Shown piece by piece: positions 57,096-64,000 of a stretch of DNA of 64,000 nucleotides; position 1 is the stretch's first letter, and the number at the start of each line of letters is the position of its first letter. The translations under genes were made by a program, and so were the position numbers. Below the pieces are notes generated by a model. The model had not been told where the DNA came from, did not search any database, and saw only the letters and a program-made list of their open reading frames with translations. The DNA lies in contig JAPMXV010000054.1 in NCBI GenBank assembly GCA_026936335.1, forward strand, positions 368,962-432,961, in the 5' to 3' direction. This DNA comes from Mantamonas sphyraenae STR306 (lineage: Eukaryota > Protista > CRuMs).

Positions 57096-57197
57096 GCTCG
57101 ACTAGCTCAGTAGGTAGCGAGATTGTTCTTCGGAGCAACCACCAATAGCGCAGGTCTCATAATCCTGAGGTCGTGAGTTCGAGCCTCACGTCGAGCA
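57096..57197 (+). tRNA. Elongator tRNA-Met(CAT), copy 2, identical to copy 1 including the 29-nt insert (57118-57146)
   Basis: 102-nt sequence identical to 51358-51459; own poly-T terminator. Confidence 0.9.
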
Positions 57198-57255
57198 GCA
57201 ACTTTTTTTTTCCCATGGGACTGCGCCGTCGCGAGCACGTAGTAGTCTCTTGTCG

Positions 57256-59145
57256 ATGGCAGACTTCTGGGAAAGACTACTGCGCTGCCAGACCGGTGGC
57301 CAAACCATTGCTCTCAAGAAGAGGCTCTGTGCCATTGAGTACGGGCTCGCAGTGCTCGCATTTGTTGTTGGCGCATTTTTGATTGTCCTTCCTCCCGTCT
57401 TTGTTGGGAGCCACAACGAGGCTGGTCTTAACGCCTACCAGAAAGAGCAAGCTAAATGGGTGTTTTCCGCTGGCAAGCTGCCTTTGTCCAACCCAGGAGT
57501 CGCCTCCGATCCAAACACGGCGCAAAGTCTTGTCGCCGAAACCAGCAACGCAGCGCGTTTCGTCAGCACGCGCTTCACAGCCAACGACGTTCCTCTGCTC
57601 CTTGGTTGGCCTCAGAGCAAGGATGATTCAGTGCTTAAGGACCGTGCGACCAACGTCAACACCACACAGGCACAGGAACAACTGCTAAACGTCCACCTGA
57701 ACGTGGAGGGTGCTGTCGAGTTTGGCTCCTTCTCCGGTGGGGCCACCACACGCGATGTCAACCTTTGTGGCAGCTTTGTGTGGGTTGGTGACGAGTACTC
57801 ACGATCGCCCGGAAACTTTCAGAGCAATGGCTACCTCATGAACTTCTGGGGAGCCAAATTGGTTCGGAAAACCTGTGCGACACTTGCCCTCAACGTGTTT
57901 CGCATGCAAGGCACCCAGGCTCAAGTGGCTACACGTATCTGCCTACTCGTTCCTGGAGACAAGGATGTGCCCACCAGCGTGGAGAGTTGTTTCGGTGGTG
58001 ACATTGCCGAGGGCTGGCAGAATCTGGCTTCGGGTCAGAATGCCTCTGTGGTTCTCGAATTGCGCCAGAAAGGGGATCCTACTCCGTGGCTGGCTGGCCA
58101 AACATCTAAAACGGAGTTGGGCACGTTTGCACCGATGTTTGTCCAAAGAGTTGACCCAGAAACCATGGCATTGATGCAGGGAATCGGCGCAGGATTCCTT
58201 GTGCTTGGATTTTACCTCCTGTGGGCACCCTTAGTGCCTGGTGCCTACCGAAATTCCAATTCCAAGACACAATTCATGCTTTTGCTGTGGATTTGCATGG
58301 TGATCTTTGTCGCCTGGCTTGCTGCATCAGCAACAGGGGTGTCGCGGGACGTATCCATTCTGGCAACCGCCGAGCGGATTGCTCAAGATGATTACGCATG
58401 GAAGACTGTGGGCATGCAAGATTTGATGTCTCCAATCAATGTGACTGTGGACGGAGTGCAAGCACAGCGTGTGGGCGACGTTGTTCCCACGTTTGAGGAC
58501 AAACGCAAGACAACCAATCTTGCGTGGTACTCCACGCCTCTCAACATGCGCTGGAAGGCAACTTTGCCCACCATCAATGGCAGCGATTTCAACGCGGGTG
58601 CCACCAGAACGCTGCAGATCCGTGTGACGCCAGCGAATGGAGGGCCAACGGAGTCCATCGGGCTGTCGTTCAAACCGTACAAGAAGACGAGCAGCTCCTC
58701 CAATCCTTCTGAATTCAAGGCTCGCCAACTCTGTGTGCGTCTCAACGGAGCCCAGTTCAAGGGCAGCCGGTACGCCTTCAACAGCAGTGTCCTCACTGGC
58801 CTTCGATGCGGGCAACCTTTTACTACCACATCCAAAACGGTCTCGGAAGCTGACTCGAACCCAGTGATGAGCGTTGCGGCTCTGAATGATCCTCACCCGT
58901 TGGAAGTGGTCTTTCGTCATCCCCTGGACCCAGCGCTGACTGATTTCGAGGTACAGTCGCCGAATGGGATCCGGAGAGAGAGTGCCGTTCTGTACTACCT
59001 TGCTCCCATGGTGTTGGTCATTGTGGTGGGCGTGATCATGCTGTTCTTCAGCGCGTTTACGCTGCGCCCAACCGTTTTGGCTTTGTGGGAAAGTCCATCC
59101 GATGCTCAGAAGCTGCAGGAAACAGACACCGCAGGTGATGCGTGA
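57256..59145 (+). CDS. Uncharacterised 4-TM membrane protein with two related halves
   Basis: Long ORF; TM-loop-TM-TM-loop-TM layout. Confidence 0.7.
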   Translation: MADFWERLLRCQTGGQTIALKKRLCAIEYGLAVLAFVVGAFLIVLPPVFVGSHNEAGLNAYQKEQAKWVFSAGKLPLSNPGVASDPNTAQSLVAETSNAARFVSTRFTANDVPLLLGWPQSKDDSVLKDRATNVNTTQAQEQLLNVHLNVEGAVEFGSFSGGATTRDVNLCGSFVWVGDEYSRSPGNFQSNGYLMNFWGAKLVRKTCATLALNVFRMQGTQAQVATRICLLVPGDKDVPTSVESCFGGDIAEGWQNLASGQNASVVLELRQKGDPTPWLAGQTSKTELGTFAPMFVQRVDPETMALMQGIGAGFLVLGFYLLWAPLVPGAYRNSNSKTQFMLLLWICMVIFVAWLAASATGVSRDVSILATAERIAQDDYAWKTVGMQDLMSPINVTVDGVQAQRVGDVVPTFEDKRKTTNLAWYSTPLNMRWKATLPTINGSDFNAGATRTLQIRVTPANGGPTESIGLSFKPYKKTSSSSNPSEFKARQLCVRLNGAQFKGSRYAFNSSVLTGLRCGQPFTTTSKTVSEADSNPVMSVAALNDPHPLEVVFRHPLDPALTDFEVQSPNGIRRESAVLYYLAPMVLVIVVGVIMLFFSAFTLRPTVLALWESPSDAQKLQETDTAGDA

Positions 59146-59229
59146 CACCGCAGGTGAATGGGGAGGGGAGGATGAGTGGGAAGGACACGGAAATGAAAGG
59201 GGTTTGTGCAGGTCTTTGGCGTTGTGTGG

Positions 59230-59996
59230 GGCGCATGGGTGGTGGCAGGAGGAGGAGCTTGCAGACACTGGTCCTCGACAGCAACAGCATTGGGATAGAA
59301 GGAGCAGCAGCACTAGCGCAGGCACTGAGTGAGAACAGCAGCTTGCAGACACTGAAAACGTACAACAACGGCATCGGGGCAGAAGGCGCAACAGCACTGG
59401 CGCAGGCACTGAGGAAGAACAGCAGCTTGCAGGCACTGTACCTCGACAGCAACAGCATCGGGGACAAAGGTGCAGCAGCACTGGCTCAGGCGATGAAGGG
59501 CAATCGGTCCTGCTGGAAGATCCAGGGCATTCGAGGTGACGCCTTGCAGTCACTGTTGGAGGGAAACAAGGAGCAGCATGTGGAGTTCGTGGAGTGTGGA
59601 GATGTGGAAACGATGGAGGCGTTGAGGGAGTGGGGTGTGCCTGTGGACACGTTTGCAGGGGATGGAGGGAAGGAGACTGCGCTGGAGAGAGCAGTGAAGG
59701 GTGGGGAGGAGGGGTTGGTTGAGGTGTTGCGGGGGTGGGGAGCGAGACCGAGGATGGAAACGGTGGAGATGGTGAGGGAGGCAGGGTGGAGGAGGGCGTG
59801 GCATTGGATTGGATGGGGTGGGGAGGTGGATGAGGCGATGGAAGTGGCGTTGGTGATGAATGGGGAGGAGAGGGAGGCGATGTTTGAGTGTGGTGGGATG
59901 GAGGAGTATGTGGAGGAGAGAGGGTGGGGAGGGTGGGTGACACTGCCGGATGAGGTGATGGAGAGGGTGATTGGGTGGGTGGGGAGGGGAGGGTGA
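59230..59996 (+). CDS. NLRC3/RNI-type LRR fragment with ankyrin-like tail; possibly a truncated gene or pseudogene
   Basis: Three 28-aa repeats SLQTLxLxxNxIGxEGAxALAQAL; ETALERAVKGG; no convincing N-terminus. Confidence 0.55.
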
Positions 59997-60013
59997 GAGA
60001 ATGAAGGTGTGGT

Positions 60014-63000
60014 TCATTCGAGGCGTTGGCGTTTGGAGGAGGAGGAGGAGGAGGAGGAGGAGGAGGAGGAAGGGTCTTTGCGCTTGGGGAGGGTGAACGA
60101 GGGGATGGGGTAGGCGTTGACGGCATCGACGGTGGTGGGACGGGTGGTGATGTGGGGTGTGATGCGGTCGATGAGGGTGTGGAGGAGGGTGTGCAGTGTG
60201 GCGTCGCTGGGTTTGGGGTTGTCGAGCCAGGCGATCTTGAGGGAGAGGGAGGTGACGCCGCGGGTGAGGGTGTTGCTGATGGCACCTTGAACCTGCTGGT
60301 AGGTGACTTGTGGTCTGAGGAGACGGACAAAGAAGGCAAGGTCGATAGGCGGCACAGCAACGTTGCCCAGCACCAGGATGATGTGTCGCAGCAGGGACAG
60401 CTTGCTGCCGTTGTTGATCAGCTCACGCAGTGCATCGGTCTCGTATGTGAACTGATGGCGAGGGTGCTTGGATGCGCGTGCCTTCATGTGTGCCAGCAGC
60501 GTCTGGAACTCCCGCTCAGTGCAGCTCCCTCGCTCGTCGTTCGGACCAGTGCTCCAGCCGCTGCGCACAGACAGAGGATGCCACTTGTCCACCTTGTTGG
60601 GGGTGAGGTGGTGGTCGTAGTCGCATTGTGTCCAGTGTGGGTCGCTGTCGATATCAGCAGGGCGTCGTGCTTTCTGCAGCCACAGCTGGGTCTGCTTGTG
60701 CTCCTTCCAGGTGGTGGGATGGGGCCTGTTGCCAAGGGTGTCCACCTCTGTCATAAGCAGGTGGAGGAGGGCGTAGTTGGGGTCGCCGTGGTCGTGTGGC
60801 TCCTCCAGCCAGCACACCTTCAACCCAGCCTTTGTCACACCCATGGCCAGACCAGCGTTCTTGATGGCTGCACTGCATGCATTGTGATCCACATCATGGC
60901 CTAAAAGGGTGAGGCAGAAGGCCATGTCGCCCTGCGAGAGGGGAATGTTGCCCAGAGAGAGCTGAATCTGTCGGACCAGCGTGTTCAGGGTGCCATGGCA
61001 GACCACAACACGCGCCTGCAGGGTCATGAGGTCGGAGATGTCGTCGAAGGGATGCTCGTTTGCCAGATTGTGCATGTGGTTCAACAGCGCCGTGTGCTCC
61101 TTCTTGTTGCTGTGGGTGCGCTCGCTCTTGCGCCAGGGCGTCCAGCCACTGCGCACAACGCCATCTGGCAGTCCATCCTCCACGGCCATCATCTCCTCCT
61201 CTGTTGGCTCGGGCAGAACAAGCTTAGGGATGCGTAGGGCGTTGACGGCGTCGACGGTGGTGGGACGGGTGTTGATGTGGGGTGTGATGCGGTCGATGAG
61301 GGTGTGGAGGAGGGTGTGCAGTGTGGCGCCGCTGGGTTTGGGGTTGTCGAGCCAGGCGATTTTGAGGGAGAGGAAGGTGACGCCACGAGTGAGGGTGTCG
61401 CTGATAGTATTTCGCATCTTCTGGTAGGTGAGGTGTGGCCTGAGGAGGCGGACAAAGAAGGCCAGGTCGACAGGCGGCACGCCAACATTGCCCAGCGCCA
61501 GGATGATGTGTCGCACCAGGGACTTCAGGCTGCCGTTGTTGATCAGCTCACGCAGTGCATGGTGCTCGTGTGCGTGCTGATGGCGAGGGTACTTGGCTGC
61601 GCGTGCCTTCATGTGTCCCAGCAGCGTCTGGAACTCCCGCGCCGTGCAGATGCCCCGCTCGTCTGCGGATGTGCTCCAGCCACTGCGCACAGACTCTGGA
61701 TGCCACTTGTCCGCCTTGTTGGGGGTGAGGTGGTGGTCGTAGTCGCATTGTGTCCAGTGTGGGTCGCTGTCGTTATCAGCAGGGCGTCGTGCTTTCTGCA
61801 GCCACAGCTGGGTCGCCTTGTGCTCCTTCCAGGTGGTGGGATGGGGTATGTCTCCGAGAGTGTCCATCTCTGTCATAAGCAGGTGGAGGAGGGCGTAGTT
61901 GGGGTCGCCGTGGTCGTGTGGCTCCTCCAGCCAGCACACCTTCAACCCAGTCTTTGTCACACCCATGGCCGGACCAGCGTGGAGGATGGCGAGTCTGCAC
62001 GCCTGATGATCCACATCATGGCCTAAAAGGGTGAGGCAGAAGGCCATGTCGCCCTGGGAGAGGGGAATATTGCCCATAGCGAGCTGAATCTGTCGGACCA
62101 GCGTGGTCAGAGTGCCATGGCAGACCACACCACGCGCCTGCAGGGTCATGAGGTCGGGGATGTTGTCGATAGGATGCTCGTTGGCCAGGTCGTGCATGTG
62201 CTTCAGCAGTGCCGTGTGCTCCTCCTTGTTGCTGCGGCTGCGCTCGTCACTGTGTCCCACTGACCACCCTTTGCGTACAACACCATCACGCAACTTGTTC
62301 GTCTTGTCTACGCTTGCTTTCTTCCGTGCGCCGGTGTCTCCGTTCTTGGCCCTCCTTGCCCGTGTGCTCGACGTTCCTGTCTCTGTGCCACTGCCAGCCG
62401 TGACCCTGCGCCTGCGCTGTTCGCTGCCTTTCATCTTTTGTGGACCAGTCTGTCGGCTGTTGTGGCCTCTGAGACGTCGTCTGTGGCCTCCACTTGTGCG
62501 TCTCGGCTGCCATTCGTCCGTGTCCTCCTGTTCCATGTCGTCTGTGTCGTCGTCGCTATCGTCTTGCGGCATGTACTCCTCATCCATGGCATTACCGGTG
62601 TCTGCATTGCTGACTGCGCCCTGAGTTTCCATCTCGTCGTCCAGGTGCTGCTGGGTTGTGTCGTTTGCCTCGCCGTCTTCGTCGTACGCCTCCATTCCTG
62701 AGCTGCTCATCCACTCTGAGTTGCTGGAGACTGACCGTGGTTCACGGTGGCCAAAGTCCAGGAACATCAGGTCCTCCACGTCGCCGGTGTCATGTGTGTG
62801 TGTGTCCTGGTCTGCGTCGTCGTGGTCGCTGTCTCCAGTCTGCCGTGTGGCCTGGTGGGAGGAGGACGACGTGGTGGTGGTGGATGTGGTCCGTGTGATA
62901 CCGACAAAGGCAGGGCTGATGCGTTTGGGGACGCGATTGTGGTTTGTGGTGGGTTGAGTAGGCGGAGGGTGCAACGGAGGCTGAGCGAAGTGCATCTGGG

Positions 63001-63199
63001 CGGTTTGTCGTGGCTGAGGAGGCGGCGGAGGAGGGTAGGCGTAGTATGGGTGGCCCTGATGAGCATATGCGTAGTGCTGCTGGGGATGGGTGTTGACAGG
63101 GACCCAGATGATGGGTGGTTGTGGGTGCTGGTACGGGTTTTGTACGCCAGAGACGGGCAGCATGTTCGGAAACGGCTGGGCGGCCATGGGAGGGACCAT
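60014..63199 (-). CDS. Subtelomeric orphan protein with a tandemly duplicated ~375-aa unit
   Basis: 1061-aa ORF; Pro/Gln and acidic N-terminus; repeated RxGW...LVRxIxLxxGN...LKxxWL modules. Confidence 0.7.
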   Translation of the reverse strand: MVPPMAAQPFPNMLPVSGVQNPYQHPQPPIIWVPVNTHPQQHYAYAHQGHPYYAYPPPPPPQPRQTAQMHFAQPPLHPPPTQPTTNHNRVPKRISPAFVGITRTTSTTTTSSSSHQATRQTGDSDHDDADQDTHTHDTGDVEDLMFLDFGHREPRSVSSNSEWMSSSGMEAYDEDGEANDTTQQHLDDEMETQGAVSNADTGNAMDEEYMPQDDSDDDTDDMEQEDTDEWQPRRTSGGHRRRLRGHNSRQTGPQKMKGSEQRRRRVTAGSGTETGTSSTRARRAKNGDTGARKKASVDKTNKLRDGVVRKGWSVGHSDERSRSNKEEHTALLKHMHDLANEHPIDNIPDLMTLQARGVVCHGTLTTLVRQIQLAMGNIPLSQGDMAFCLTLLGHDVDHQACRLAILHAGPAMGVTKTGLKVCWLEEPHDHGDPNYALLHLLMTEMDTLGDIPHPTTWKEHKATQLWLQKARRPADNDSDPHWTQCDYDHHLTPNKADKWHPESVRSGWSTSADERGICTAREFQTLLGHMKARAAKYPRHQHAHEHHALRELINNGSLKSLVRHIILALGNVGVPPVDLAFFVRLLRPHLTYQKMRNTISDTLTRGVTFLSLKIAWLDNPKPSGATLHTLLHTLIDRITPHINTRPTTVDAVNALRIPKLVLPEPTEEEMMAVEDGLPDGVVRSGWTPWRKSERTHSNKKEHTALLNHMHNLANEHPFDDISDLMTLQARVVVCHGTLNTLVRQIQLSLGNIPLSQGDMAFCLTLLGHDVDHNACSAAIKNAGLAMGVTKAGLKVCWLEEPHDHGDPNYALLHLLMTEVDTLGNRPHPTTWKEHKQTQLWLQKARRPADIDSDPHWTQCDYDHHLTPNKVDKWHPLSVRSGWSTGPNDERGSCTEREFQTLLAHMKARASKHPRHQFTYETDALRELINNGSKLSLLRHIILVLGNVAVPPIDLAFFVRLLRPQVTYQQVQGAISNTLTRGVTSLSLKIAWLDNPKPSDATLHTLLHTLIDRITPHITTRPTTVDAVNAYPIPSFTLPKRKDPSSSSSSSSSSSSKRQRLE

Positions 63200-63863
63200 G
63201 TACCCGTAGCTGTGGGGAGACGGGGAGGGGCAACGCGGGGTGGCAACGGTGAGCGAAAGGCGGAATGGACGCCGTCAGGGCAGAAGCGGGGTGAAGGGAG
63301 GCTGGAACGAGCAAAGAGGGAAAACGAAAGGATTGGCAGACGGGGAAACTGGCAACGGGGAGGGCAGTGACAGGGGAGAGGGGATCGGAGAAGGGCGGAG
63401 AAGGCAGCGGCGGTGGTGATGTGGAAGTGAAGATGCAGGGGAGGAGTGCAGGGAAGCGACGGAGGCATGGAGGAGGCAAAGAAGCGGGAGAAGCTGGCAG
63501 TCAGAAAACGGAGTGGCAGGCAGAACGCACGCTGGGTAGGTGTTGGGTGTGTGTTGTTGCTTCGGAGTGCTTGAGTAGTCTTCGTCCATCGTGGCGGTGG
63601 TTGTGGTGCTGGAGTGGATGTGGATTGTGTTGGACGAGTGGAGGGTGTTGTGGGTGTTGGTGATACTTTGGTTGAAGGGGGAAGGGCAGTGCTGACTGCG
63701 CGGCGTCGCAGGACGACGGCCACTCACCAGCAACATTTCCACTCCCACCCATTGCCCACTGCCCCAGGTCACCACGCAACTCAGCCACACCGCCAGCAAT
63801 CACAAGCACAACTCACACAAACTAGACCGGACTCACATCACAACCTAGACAGGGAAAAATGAC

Positions 63864-64000
63864 TTAGGGTTAGGGTTAGGGTTAGGGTTAGGGTTAGGTT
63901 AGGGTTAGGGTTAGGGTTAGGGTTAGGGTTAGGGTTAGGGTTAGGGTTAGGGTTAGGGTTAGGGTTAGGGTTAGGGTTAGGGTTAGGGTTAGGGTTAGGG
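63864..64000 (+). repeat. Telomere (TTAGGG)n, right chromosome end; one TTAGG variant near 63894
   Basis: Continuous array to the end of the window with the G-rich strand on +. Confidence 0.98.

Noticed and set aside
59142-63863. Telomeric retrotransposon or transposase
   Set aside because: No reverse transcriptase, integrase, DDE or helicase motifs were seen
1-64000. Alternative genetic code
   Set aside because: TAA, TAG and TGA all end recognisable genes, and apparent internal stops fall within GT-AG introns

Overview
This is the right end of a chromosome from a gene-dense, GC-rich, intron-containing eukaryote (probably a protist; standard code, GT-AG introns), ending in a (TTAGGG)n telomere. 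It holds about 28 tightly packed protein genes. Most are housekeeping or trafficking genes: IFRD, V-ATPase C, eRF3, GNL3, PLAA, NPSN, PATROL1-like, PNUTS/LD-like, eIF3k, TSEN15, SIL1, PPIL1, ERG25, PHO84-like, DENN and importin-4. There are also three tRNA genes. The standout feature is two identical elongator tRNA-Met(CAT) genes, each interrupted in the D-arm (between nt 22 and 23) by a 29-nt insert. The insert is bounded by a relaxed bulge-helix-bulge (BHB) motif, i.e. an archaeal-style non-canonical tRNA intron, and sits in the same window as a canonical-intron tRNA-Ser and a TSEN15 gene. Other notable items are an intronless bacterial-type alanine racemase with an apparent mitochondrial presequence, several unusual domain fusions, a start codon split by an intron, strand-specific G/C-skew domains and subtelomeric orphan genes. 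All family assignments are by motif recognition; no database searches were run.
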